DNA of 64,000 nucleotides, taken from NCBI RefSeq assembly GCF_006345805.1, contig NC_043009.1, forward strand, positions 49,848,001-49,912,000, read 5' to 3'. The notes beneath the pieces were generated by a model. That model was not told the DNA's origin, ran no database searches, and was given only the letters and a program-made list of their open reading frames with translations. Every line of letters begins with the position of its first letter. The first letter of the stretch is position 1. A program made the translations under genes and the position numbers. Positions 1 to 12,059 of the stretch are shown one piece after another. The DNA is from Octopus sinensis (Eukaryota).

Positions 1-36
1 CAAACAGAAAATTCCAGTTAAAAAGATTTTTTAAGT

Positions 37-75
37 ACTTACCTAAAAAATAAAAGAAAACAAAATTGAAGTTAG
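37..75 (-). other. Candidate recursive splice site: CTAAC branch point, polypyrimidine tract, TAG|GTAAGTA
   Basis: Minus strand reads ctaacttcaattttgttttcttttattttttag|gtaagta; junction at 43/42, branch A about 30 nt upstream. Confidence 0.45.
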
Positions 76-489
76 ATTTATTGAAAATCAAGACAGAAAA
101 TAATTTTAAATATAAAATAAAAGTCACATCAAATTAGATTTTATCAGTTGATGACATTTATAAGATTTATTTTCCTTTATTAGAGTTCTCATTGAATTCA
201 TTTCAATTTAGATAGAATTTACTGAATTGATAAAGGCGGCAAGAAGTGGTCAGTTTATATACATCCTGTCACCACCATTACATTGTAATCAAGACACTTA
301 ACTATGAAATGGCCATCCACTTACCTGTAGATAGATAAAGTACAGTACAACCAACTACCACTCATGAATGAGTATGGCTTAGTAGCATGTATTTTTTGCT
401 AATTATTTTGTATGACTACGGAGTTGGAAGCATAGATAACTTTTTTCCCCAACAGCAATCTCCTATTTCCTCCCACCTACTCACTGTGA

Positions 490-695
490 AACCTACAGAA
501 CAGCCAGGATGTAACAGTTAGAGGAAGAGAAGGGTGCACCAGTACCTGGCTGGTACTCATTCATAGCTGAGTAAACTAAAGCAATATGAAATGAACTGCT
601 TTGCTCAAGGATGAAAGATATTATCCATTCGCGGAATTGAACCCATAATCTTATGATAATGAGCTGTATACACAAACAACAAAGCTATGCAGCTA
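490..695 (-). mobile_element. Degraded tRNA-derived SINE (family D)
   Basis: Minus strand has B-box-like gggttcaattcc followed by ccttgagcaaagc; similar to 7285, 40570 and 63437. Confidence 0.6.
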
Positions 696-943
696 ACATA
701 GCTGAATATTTAATTAGCTTAAAGTGCTGAGACCAACCCCACCAGAAGGCACAGTTTGAAAGAAAAGTTCAGGTTTTAAAGCTATCTTGTTCTGCAGACA
801 CTACTTGAAGTCTTAGATGACATCTCCTTATGATTCAATATAAAACTGCAGATACAACACCTTTGATTAGACACATACACTAGGAAAACAATAGTATTTA
901 GTGACAGGTCTTACTTTTCCCTGCTTTTATGTTTTCATTTTAT

Positions 944-1463
944 CTTGAGGCAATGACAAAAGACCGGGACCTCTGGAGATACACTGTGACTGTGAAGACC
1001 CGACAAATAAAGTGAGTTCACAGCTGTATCCTACATCAGTTTTGCATAACCAGCCCCAGCCCATTCAAAAGTACCTTGGATCATGAGACGACCTGCTGTG
1101 CTTACCTTGGATCGTAGGGCGACCTGCTGTGCTTGAGGAGACCTATTGAGTCAAGTACATCAACATCAAAATAAAAATCAAATGGAAATTGTAGATGTGA
1201 TACCTATGCCGGTGGCACGTAAAAAGGACCATCCGAACAAGGCTGATGCCAGCACCACCTTGACTGGGTTCCATGCCGGTGGCATGTAAAAAGCACCCAC
1301 TACACTCACAGAGTGATTGGTATTAGGAAGGGCATCCAGCTGTAGAAACACTGCCAGATCAGACTGGAGCCTGGTGCAGCCTCCTGGCTTCCCAGATCCT
1401 GGTCGAACCGTCCAACCCATGTTAGCATGGAAAACAGATGTTAAACGATGATGAGGATGATGA
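944..1463 (+). mobile_element. 5'-truncated RTE-clade LINE 3' end (family C): ORF C-terminus, 3' UTR and (GAT)n tail
   Basis: 953-1015 translates MTKDRDLWRYTVTVKTRQIK* (RTE-type DRxxWR end). UTR carries ggcacgtaaaaagcacc modules and aggaagggcatccagctgtagaaa, and ends in gatgatgag. Confidence 0.8.
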
Positions 1464-1467
1464 GTTA

Positions 1468-1690
1468 CTTGTTGTTGTCTAATTCTAGGTTAACCTTAGA
1501 GGAACAGATCTATGATCACAGACATAGTAGCTATAGTCAACCTTTCTCTTGATTTTCTTTTTTCCAAAATAATATGTCTAGAATTACATTATAAAGTGCA
1601 TCCTTCCTTTAAGATAGCAGTGTGCAATTATGGAGAAGATTTGGCTACTATTTCTAACAGTTTGATCACATAAAGGCTCCCTTGCTTGCT
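1468..1690 (-). mobile_element. Degraded interspersed repeat family F (retroposon-like, (AAC)n end)
   Basis: Shares gatttggctactatttctaacag and ctatgatca motifs with copies near 9155, 10050, 11760, 16570, 29590, 33165, 46255 and 54620. Confidence 0.6.
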
Positions 1691-2262
1691 CATCTTTAGT
1701 TTTTTGTCTCATGCAGTAAGAACTATAAATCAACAAGTAATCAATTAAAATCAATGACCCAGTTTCTAGTCTCATCTGAAGCTATTTCACTTATGCCATT
1801 TATGCCTTTAAGAAAACCCTGACATCACATCTTTTCTTTTCTTCATTATTAAACTGAGGCTTCATATGAAAAGAAACCAGTACATTATTCTTTCTTTTTT
1901 TCATTTTTTAAAATCTTATTTACAGATTGAATATTTGAACAATTCCTTCATTAGGGATATTCCACAATGGGTTATTTCTTCTATTAGCTTCAAGAAAATA
2001 GAATTTTAGAAAATAACTGTCTTGTAATAAATGCTGTCAATAGGCTGTGTACAAATATTTCAGCTTAGTATTATTGAAAGCCTCACCAATTATACTCTAT
2101 CTTAGCTAGGTACACCAACGAATACTGTCTTTCTTTAATAAACCAATCTACACAGGACAATACGTGAGCTTGTACACGATAAACTAGCCAGCTAAAAAGA
2201 GCAATCAAATTTTCATCAAACCACATCCTACCATCTTTAAAAAAGGAAGAATATACTGGATA

Positions 2263-2500
2263 TGTCATCATTATCATTGTTCGACCGTGGTCGAGACAAT
2301 GGAATTTACTATGCTACGCCAGACTTCACGGTCCATCATGGCATTACGGAGGTCCTGTTGCTGGATGCCTGTATCCCTGGAGATTACATCAGGGTAGGAG
2401 AGTGTGTGCCCTCTGGTATTGCGAGTAGATGGCTTCCAGAGGAGAAGAGTAGAAATTACCTCTTTTTCAGCTCTACAACAATGTCCAGCAAACTGGACTG
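2263..2500 (-). mobile_element. 5'-truncated RTE LINE fragment, nested in a family F copy
   Basis: ORF segment VQFAGHCCRAE...MMDREVWRSIVNSIVSTTVEQ* followed by a (TGA)n tail; nearly identical to 44976-45208. Confidence 0.88.
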
Positions 2501-4948
2501 TGCATGAAAACACACACACACAGAAAAAAGAAAAAGTGATGGCTGGCACCTTTGATCATAGCTCTGTTAATCAGAAGAACCCAGTGTAAATAAAACAACA
2601 AACCTATTTACAGCTAAATTGAATGGATCATTGAGAGTTTAGTGGCCAAAGACCAAGAGATACAACAGTAATGGTTAAACCGATCTTTCAGAATGCAAGC
2701 CAACATCTTAACAACCACAACAGTTCCTTCCACCTCTCTCACAGCTTAACAACCACAACAGTTCCAAATCTCTCACTCTTCTGCCATGAATAGAAAAGCA
2801 AAATTTTACTTCAGAATTGTTGATATTTTAATCAAGATGGAGCTGATTAGTTAGATCATAGATTTAATGGAAGAGGAAAATGAGATTCTTAACTGGTTTA
2901 ATATGACCTTATGCAAACTGTTATTCAGTTTTGGCTTGTAGGTTGAATGATAGCCTCTACCATCCCTAACACAGATAATTTAAATGGAAAGTTACAAAGA
3001 GAACAATAATACAAGGATCTTTTATGAATGATTCAAGTCCCTGGAGCTGTAATAAGCACTGTTACTAAACCAACGAGGAATAGCTTTGTTCATTTTCAAT
3101 CACACTCACAATAATATCTTGTTCTAATAGTTCACCCTGATTACAGACATGAAACATACTTCTGTAGTTGTATCCTAATTAAAAGGTCAAAGTTCAGAAA
3201 AACTCAACAAGCTGGTATTAACAGTAGTTATCTAGAGTATGCCTATGTGTATGTATGTTTGTGTCCATATGTGTGAGTGTGTTTACTTTGACACAAAACT
3301 TAGGTCATTGGTCAAAGGCTAACATTTACAGGAACATAAGTGAATTGGTGTAAGTGGTTTTAGTGAATTGTATCTGTGGTGATTAACAAGGGAACAATGG
3401 CACATCCTGATTTGTAGTAATTTACAACTTCTTCAGGATATTTTACACAACATGAGAGTTAAGAAACCAATTGTATTCTTCAATACAAACCTTACTGTGT
3501 ATGGGATAACAGCAATACAGCATTAGATCATTTGTAGGAATAACAAATAAGGATGATAATATAATAGAAGAAAGGTTTCATATTCCATGGTTATGATTAA
3601 AGTAGGAATCTTTCTGCAATTTAAGATATTTCCTTAGTAATGACAGACAACGACTTGCTACTGCTGACCAGCACCGGTGGCACTGCCGGCACCACTATGT
3701 ACAAGAGAAATCTCCAAGTTTGTGAGATCAAATTGAAGGCATGCAATTTTGCTGTCTCTCTAGGTATGATAGTTTAAACATCTCTGGCTTACAAAGCCAA
3801 TGGAAATAAATATCAGCCTAAAGTTATCTGCAACAAATTAGTAACATGTCCAAGGGAAGATGAAGATTTGCCTCTCATTTCCTTTAAATAACAGAGTACC
3901 CTACAGTCCCTTAAATACATTTATAGTCAAAAGGAATTATCTCTTCTTAATTAAAACTGGCAAAAGGTCAGTTTAAATAGCATATTTTCCCCTCTATACC
4001 TCTCTCACTTGTTCTCACCCTGCTATTGTTCAATCACTGTTTCCATTCATCAATTTCTTCCACCAGTTCAGATCACATATTTAAAAGTTCAAAGAAGAAC
4101 TCACAGGATATCCCTGCCAATCAGAGAGGACCTTAAAAGTCACTGTGTTTACGATATAAAAAATCTCAAAATACGATTATTTATTGTATATCACTATCAG
4201 ACATCTCTCATCTATCTAGAGTTGTTACTATTTCAGCATTGCTGAAGATTGTATAATTGTATTTACATACACCACCTTTGTTGACAACTTATATTAATTC
4301 TTTACCAAGCTTTCTTTCAAAGCAGTTCTCATAGGAAGAAAAAGCAAAGCAATATTTCTTTTTAATTATTTTTAAATTGGAATACAAACATGACATTGTT
4401 AAGGTGCAAATGAGACATGTTGATTATCTGAGCTGATTAAAGCTGTTTTAACACTTCATTACTAATTAATCAAATCTAACTGCAAAATGATTAACCATCT
4501 AAATATTATCTAGGGTTGATTATGCTTAATTTTGGCAAAGTAGCAAAAATCTGTAATGCTGATTTGTTGTATCAAAATGTATGTAAGAAAATGTGAGAAC
4601 AAAGAAACAAATAAATCAAGAATCAAAAAGATGCAGAGTGAGATACTGTGATGTTTTGAACAGAAAATATGGTTAATTTACTATAGGATGAGCTTTGACT
4701 ACAACGAATCAAACTTCAGCAATAGCAGGAAAGTCAGGCCTTAAAAAATTTTCCATCATGCAGCAAGCAGAGTGTGTAATGAATCTACATAGGAGTACTT
4801 TTTGCAGAGAATAGTTTTTCTATAAGACTTGAACCAAACCAAAAAGGCTGCTGAAACCTACAGAATTAAGGTTGGGATACTGGTGTAGTCATTAAAGTTT
4901 GGATATCACATCTTTCAGCAATCATTAGAGTTAAGTTACATACAACTT

Positions 4949-4950
<2 letters not shown>

Positions 4951-4989
<39 letters not shown>

Positions 4990-5017
4990 ACACACACACA
5001 CACAGACACACACACAC
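4951..5017. repeat. (CA)n microsatellite
   Basis: Direct reading. Confidence 0.95.
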
Positions 5018-5658
5018 GTTAAATCTGCTTTAGGAATCACAGATATTAATTCATTGAATATGATATGGCTACAAAATATTTTGTACATTTTTTTTCTCCT
5101 TTACTTTTCTCTCTCTCTCTTGAAGATACACTATCTTCTTTTTTTCAAGAATTCTTTCTCTTTACTTATTATTAGTATTACTTTTGCAGTTTTGCAGTTT
5201 TGTGGTTTCCAGATGATGTAAATATGTTGTTATATACATTGGTACTAAGCTTACATTTTACTTTCACATTTTTCTAAGTTATTTATTTTGTGAATATTTT
5301 TTTTTAACAAACATATGTTAGATAATTAGGGAGAGCAGGAATGCTAGCTAAAGTATTTGCCTACCTTTAATTAAATTGCCTGGAAAGTAACCCAGGCTTT
5401 AGGTATGAATTAGCTTGCTTCAGATGTGAAAATGATATGTAACTCATAAGAAGAAAGGAAACAAAAATTAACAAAATTTAAAAGTATGTAAAAAAAAAAC
5501 AAACAAAAAGAACCATATAGATATATCCTCCCAAAATTCACATTAAAGAAGATTGTTAATATATTCCCGTCAGTAGTAGATATGTGTCTATATCAGAGGT
5601 GTACAGCTTCAATGATACATACATATGTATATATATATATACATACATACATACATAC

Positions 5659-5696
<38 letters not shown>

Positions 5697-6039
5697 TTTA
5701 TAAGTAGTAGAGTCAAGAAATCTGGCTCTGCATTGTAGAAGTATAAGAGGAATAATATCTATCATTATTGCAGTTATTATATAAAGTAGTGTCTTAATGC
5801 AACCCAATTCTGTCAGTGTGTGCATGTGTGTAAGCACAAGTTGGATGATACTGTCTGCAACAGAACATTTTTTCTCTCTCTATCTCTCTCTCTACTAGTT
5901 TTCTAATATGTACCATTGACCACACCAACCCGTTTTTCAAATTTATTCATAATTCATGTTCCTATCGCCATACACTGTCCAATGCCTATGATGTTTTGAA
6001 GCACACATATATTTAGTTCATTTCAGTATGTGCATGGAA

Positions 6040-6500
6040 TAGGTGCAAGTGTGGCAGTAGTTGAAAAGATTGCTTCCCAACCATATGATTTTGGGTTCAG
6101 TTCCACCGAGTGGCGTCTTTGGAAAATGTCTTCCACTATAGCCCCAGGTCAATCAAAGTGTTTAGAGAGGATTGAGTGGATGGAAACCAGAAGAAACCCA
6201 TCATATGTATGCAGGTGTGTGTGTTTGTGTGTGTGTGTGTGTGTGTGTATGTGTGTGTGTGTGTGCGTGCATGTGTGTGTCTTTGTCTTGGAATCACATC
6301 ATAGTTGAAAATGATTGTCAATATCTTACAAGCAGCGTCATTTATTTGCAGCATTCTGCAAGAACATGTCTGGCCATGAGGAAATATTACCTTGCTCGAG
6401 GGTAAGGGACATGAAGGGCACCCAGCTGTAGAAAATCTACCTCAATAAACTCTTCCCAACCCAGGCAAACATGGAAAAGTGGACATTAAAATGATACTGA
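6040..6500 (+). mobile_element. Older SINE (family E): family A-like tRNA head, internal (GT)n, RTE/family C-like tail
   Basis: Head gggttcagttcc...actatagccccagg; tail gaagggcacccagctgtagaaaa...aacccaggcaaacatggaaaagtggacattaaaatgat. Confidence 0.75.
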
Positions 6501-6582
6501 AGTGGACGATCATATGTATGTGTGTGTGTGTGTGTGTGCATGCACATATATGCATGTATATACACACACACTCACATATATA

Positions 6583-6819
6583 ATTACATATTGGGTAGAC
6601 TTGTGAAATAAGTTTGAAATAATGTGAGATGACTTACAAAGCAAATAAAAAAGGAAATAGAACAACAGTTGAAGCTTTACCTTATGTTTCAATATTTTGG
6701 GGTTAGGAGCCCTTCTTCATGTAAGGTAAAAATTCCAGTTGTTCTGTTTTTTTTTCTTGTAGTCTACTTTGTAATTTTATCTTGCATTATTTTGACCATA
6801 CAAGTTTATCTAATGTAAT
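6583..6819 (-). mobile_element. Old foldback element with about 100-bp imperfect inverted arms and a degenerate hammerhead-like centre
   Basis: Arms 6583-6684 and 6722-6819 align as reverse complements (tttacctta/taaggtaaa, agaacaac/gttgttct, ttacaaag/ctttgtaa); centre on minus reads ATGAAGA...GAAAC. Confidence 0.55.
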
Positions 6820-6872
6820 ATCACACAATGCTTCATCCTTGCTATTTGATTTTATTATATCTGTGTGTGTGT

Positions 6873-7095
6873 ACTCTCTCTCTCTTTTACTTGTTTCAGT
6901 CATTTGACTGTAGCCATGCTGGAGCACCGCTTTTAGTCAAACAAATTGACCCCAGGACTTATTCTTTGTAAGCCTAGTACTTATTTTATCGGTCTCTTTT
7001 GCCAAACTGCTAAGTTACGGGGATGTAAACACACCAGCATCGGTTGTCAAGCGATGTTGGGGGGGGGGACAAACACAGACACACAAACACACACA
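6873..7095 (-). mobile_element. SINE family A, 3' half
   Basis: ctcttttacttgtttcagtcatttgactg...gctggagcaccgc matches the tail of 17843-18254. Confidence 0.9.
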
Positions 7096-7163
7096 TACAT
7101 ACATATATATATATATACACATACATACATATATATATATACATATATATACATATATATATT

Positions 7164-7194
<31 letters not shown>

Positions 7195-7284
7195 TCATGA
7201 TGTTAATCTTCAGCCATTTTGAATTTGAATGAGAGAAGTCGATAGTTACTACCGTAAGCTGGGTTGCACTTGGTCAAGGAAGGT

Positions 7285-7510
7285 CATGTGGTGTCGCAGT
7301 TTGGTGTTGGTATAAAGTGGTTAAGGTGTTGTACTCAAGATTGTAAGACTGTGGTGTCAATTCCTGGACCAAACGATATGTTGAGCTCTTGAGCAAAGCA
7401 CATTTCACGTTGCTTCAATGCCCTCAGCTGGCGTAAGTGAGTACTCCGGCAATGGACAGAGTCCTGTCCAAGGGGTAATATATGTGTCACAGAATTCAAG
7501 AAACTGATCT
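7285..7510 (+). mobile_element. Degraded SINE family D
   Basis: agtggttaagg A-box-like and tcaattcc B-box-like motifs, cttgagcaaagcac, then atggacagagtcctgtccaaggg. Confidence 0.65.
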
Positions 7511-9282
7511 GATGAGATTTTTGCTTTGGAAAGCCCTCTGATTCTTTTAATATGTGTATCATACCTCCCTCTTTTTATTACCCTATCACCACTGTCTCTC
7601 TCATTTCTGCCTCTCTTCCATACTGTCGCTTCATCACTCTCTTTCAACCTTCATATTCATACCTCTTTGACCAGCTTATCCAAAATTATCTGCTGCAATC
7701 ACCTCTTCTACCCACTTTATTGACTGCACTGACCAGAGGAACAAATAGTGACAATATTTTGGCATGACACCAGCACTATAAAATTGCCTTGTATATTTGC
7801 AGGACATAAGCTAACTTTATTAGTGTTGGTATTATGATAAAATACAACCAATGCACTATTAGAAGTTTATTACTTGTCAAGGGCATGATAACATTTCTAG
7901 TGCTGAGTGCCATAATAAAATGCACAGAGTACACTCTGAAGACTAGAGTTTCCAATTGGGTTTCCAGCAACTCAAATCAATCATCAATTAGGTGATAAGA
8001 AGAAAACTAGGATTTGAACCTGTTGTCTATAATATCACTGAATACAGCAACAGGAGCTCCATTAAAATTATTTGTTTGCTGAACTGTTGCGGGGCAAATA
8101 TTTTTACATCTAGAGAATATCAAAAGCATTGACAATAACAATACAGAAGAAAGTTCTCATTCTGAAATGATTTTAACGTAATGATTTTAATACAAAAAAC
8201 AATAAAAATTTACAAAAAAAAAAATCAATAAAGAGTAAAGAAAAAAAAAAGCAGTTTATATGATTGGAGTAGGTTGGACTGGCAGAGAGTGATCTATCAA
8301 CACACTTGTGCAAATATAAATAAAAAGTGAATAAAAAGAAAAAGAAAACTAACACCAATTTTTGCGGAAGTTTTTATGACAGACCAGCATTATTGTTATT
8401 AATGATAAGGTTTAGATTTTTCTCTTTCCATCTCTTCTGCCCTTTCTACTCTCTCTCTAACTCTCTCTTTCTATCTCTCTGTCCTTTTTACTTTCCACCT
8501 CACCCTATTGACACAATCCTTTCTACTCTCTCTCTTATTCTTCCTCCATATCTTCCCCATCCCAAGTTAAATTATAACCCTTTTTGTGAAGTGTCAGGAA
8601 ATGATATTTGCTCAGTAAGGTGACAAACTGGAAGCCAAAGCAAGAATCCAGCTGCTAGCAGCCATATTTTCACAGGTTTTATTATGTCTTATTTACATAA
8701 CTCTTGTACTAAGCAGTAGAGGTATTCCCCGAGAAACAAGAGAGGGAAAGAAAGAGAAATCTAACTATTCCTTGAACTACCAAACATCTGAATAGTTATA
8801 TCTTAATTGACATGGTTGCTTTTGCATGTTGCCTATAATAATATGTAGTCTGTTCTGAGGTAGTTCTCACACAAGATACTTTATCTATTTTATAGACTGA
8901 TACACATGTTAAATATTTGAGTAGCAATTTTTCCTGAGTGAATTCCTAAAAGAGACATTGCAATATTGATTAAAAGTGTCACTAGATAAATTCTATTTTC
9001 ACACATCAAACAGAAATTATCTTCATTGGTAACAAGGAACCGTCGTAGAGAACGGCATACTCCACGCTGTTTAAGTTGCTACAGAAAGACTTTCTTTTTT
9101 GTTTGAAGAACTGGTTCAATTTTATATTTACCACAATAACTAACTGATATTGCTGTGGTTGTTTAACCCCAGGTCAATCTTGTTTGAGTAGACTTATGAT
9201 CAAAGTCATTCCAGCCATGACCAACCGTGACCAAAAATTTTTATATCAGAGACTATAAAGAAATATATAATATAGTCTCTGA

Positions 9283-9482
9283 TATAAACACAGAGGGACA
9301 AACAAGGACAGGCAAACAGATTACGTCGACCCCAGTGCGTAACTGGTACTTAATTTATCGACCCCGAAAGGATGAAAGGCAAAGTCGACCTCGGCGGAAT
9401 TTGAACTCAGAATGTAACGGCAGACGAAATACAGCTACACACTTCGCCCAGCGTGCTAACGTTTCTGCCAGCTCGCCACCTT
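9283..9482 (-). mobile_element. SINE family B
   Basis: Reverse complement of ggcgagctggcagaaacgttagcacg...gttcaaattccgccgaggtcgactttgcctttcatcctttcggggtcgataaattaagtaccag. Confidence 0.9.
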
Positions 9483-10049
9483 ATATATTATTACTATATT
9501 ATATAGTATATACTTTTGCTTGTTAGGAGAGAAAAATGTAATTTCAGAGAAATTCATTGCTATATCTCTCAGGTCTAATAACCATGTAGAGAGACACTGT
9601 TATTGGTTCATAGCCAATATCATAATAATAAGGGCTGTATTAAGTGCTACACACCAATACATACATTCAACAATCATGAAATAACAATTTTTAAAAACTT
9701 TTATTGCAACTAATTAGTATTTATTTAATGTCAAAAGAAATCAATACTAAATATCAAACAAAGGACAGTTTATTTAGGATAAATATATTATTTGAAAATT
9801 TATTTGAAAATTATAACAATATATTACAAATGTTGATAATGTTTTAATATGTGCCAACACACAGCGCTAACCACAGCTTTTGTTTGCTAATAATTAGTGT
9901 CAAACTAAGCTGTAACTTTGCATTGTTGTATCAAAATAAAATGAAATGTGTCTTTACCATCATGTCTATCTAATTTAAATGTATATATGTGACTGGGCAT
10001 CCTGAGTTGCATGCTGATCACTGCATGCTTATATATGGTTGCTTGAATT

Positions 10050-10235
10050 ACCAAATATAGCAGCTAAGTCTCTTCCAAATCAATCACACCCTACAGTCTT
10101 ATGAAAAAGTAAGGGATACATTAGGTAATGTAGTCCCATAAACACTATATGTGAATAAAAATTTGGATGATGATGGAATGCATTCAATCATTTGTCTGCT
10201 TGGTTGAAGCAAACCTGGAGCTAAACACTAACAAC
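10050..10235 (+). mobile_element. Family F repeat
   Basis: atagcagctaagtctc...tcacaccctacagtctt...ggagctaaacactaacaac. Confidence 0.6.
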
Positions 10236-10462
10236 TGGCTTCTATTCATCCTTATAAATGACAATGCATTAATAAAAATATAGGATAGGGCCTTTTGGGT
10301 CTTGTAGCAATAGTATTAATACAGCAGTAGATCAAGAGCATGTAATTTTATTTTAATATTTATAAACATAAAGAATTTTATGCATCTTATTTCTTTGAAA
10401 ATACCTGCCATTTCATAACCAAAAATTATCCAGGCCAAAGCTGTTGCCGATTTGGTTTAGGG

Positions 10463-10700
10463 CAGGGGTTCTCAACTGGGGTCCATATAAGATTTTGTTG
10501 TTAAAATTTATGTGCAATAAATTGCTTATATTTGTACTTTACACAAAATATTTTAATTTCTTTATACAATTCTCAATAATATCTAATTATAAAAATACAG
10601 CAGTATATTTTTTTACACATATCAAGAGGCTATGAAAAGCCCAGTAGAGTAAAAAGGGAATCAAAGGAATCCATAAGCAAAAAATGGTTGAGATACATTG
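10463..10700. mobile_element. Non-autonomous hAT (Charlie/MER5-like) MITE
   Basis: Left TIR CAGGGGTTCTCAAC, degenerate right TIR GTTGAGATACATTG; 8-bp flanks gtttaggg/gttaagag (6/8 match). Confidence 0.7.
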
Positions 10701-10914
10701 GTTAAGAGCATGCAATATGTACTATGATCACACATTGAACAGTATATAGGCTATCTAGGGATGTTGCTTAGTTGTACAATCTATGCCATCTTACGATGAA
10801 AACTTATTTAGCTTGAGAAGTAACTTCGCTTCCAAATATTCTAACAAGTATGGACAGGTTACTTTCAATTTCCTAGTGATGCCATGTAACCTGTTGGGTG
10901 ATTAGTGACTACCC

Positions 10915-11081
10915 ATCCACATCAGACTGGTATTTTATTTTATCAACTTTGGAAAGATGAAAAATAAAATTAACCTTGGTTGTACTTGAACTCAGAATGT
11001 AAAGAGCCAGAAGAAAAGCAGCTAAGTGCTATGTTCAACACCCCAGTTTTGTTGATTCACCACCCTAATAACACAAATGAC

Positions 11082-11130
<49 letters not shown>

Positions 11131-11280
11131 CCAACTTTGGTGAAAGCTCCTAAATATGTTTGGGATGGGTCATGAAGTTAATTGAATCTATTCCAGTACA
11201 TGTCTAGCACTTATATTTTATCAACTCTGGAGGGATTAATCATAGTTGATTACTACAAGATTTGAATTGAGAACATTCAC
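10915..11280 (-). mobile_element. Two degraded family B-like SINE copies separated by (GAT)n
   Basis: gactggtattttattttatcaac...ttgaactcagaatgtaaag, with a second similar block at 11130-11280. Confidence 0.6.
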
Positions 11281-11970
11281 AGACAAAACATAATACAGAA
11301 TCATGTTTAGTTCAGTTATTTTACCATTTCTACTAATACGTTGATAACTTCTTTTAGAGACAAAAAGAAGTGGTCAGGGGGTTTTCCAGTTCACTATATT
11401 AGTATCAGTTGCTTATTCTTAAGGATAAATGACTAAGGCGACTAATACAGAGACTAAAAGCCTAAACTGTTTATAGATTTGTAAGTATGTTTTGTGTTGT
11501 TTTGCTCTTTATATGTAGATTAAATGTATAGGACAGGGTGAAGGAAAAAAAACAACTTCATAAACTTTGGCAAGCAAAGAATTGTCAAACAAATTACAGA
11601 GTGAAAGTCAGGGAAGACTCAAGTTCTCTAATACTGGCAATCAGCACTTGCCATACTATATGTAGATGAAAAACTACTTTTTTTTTATAACTAGTAAATA
11701 TCTTGACATTAACAAGTCACATCAACTCAACACACTTGCTGCTAATGACAGAATCTTTATGCAGTTACTTGACCTGATAGAAATAGAAGTCTGATTTCCA
11801 TCAAATAACATCTGCCATATTTTTTTAGAAAAAGAAGAAAAAAATCTTCTTAGAAAATACATCATGTTTAAAAATATAAGATGACTGCAGTTAAAATGCT
11901 TCTTGTCCGTAAACCTACTTGATCAGGACTGAATCTGGGCTAAACTACAAAATCTATGCCTATACTGTCC

Positions 11971-12039
<69 letters not shown>

Positions 12040-12059
12040 GGGCACAGTTACAATATTTT

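Noticed and set aside
3640-3777. Short GC-richer ORF MTDNDLLLLTSTGGTAG...
   Set aside because: 45 codons, no recognisable homology and no convincing splice context
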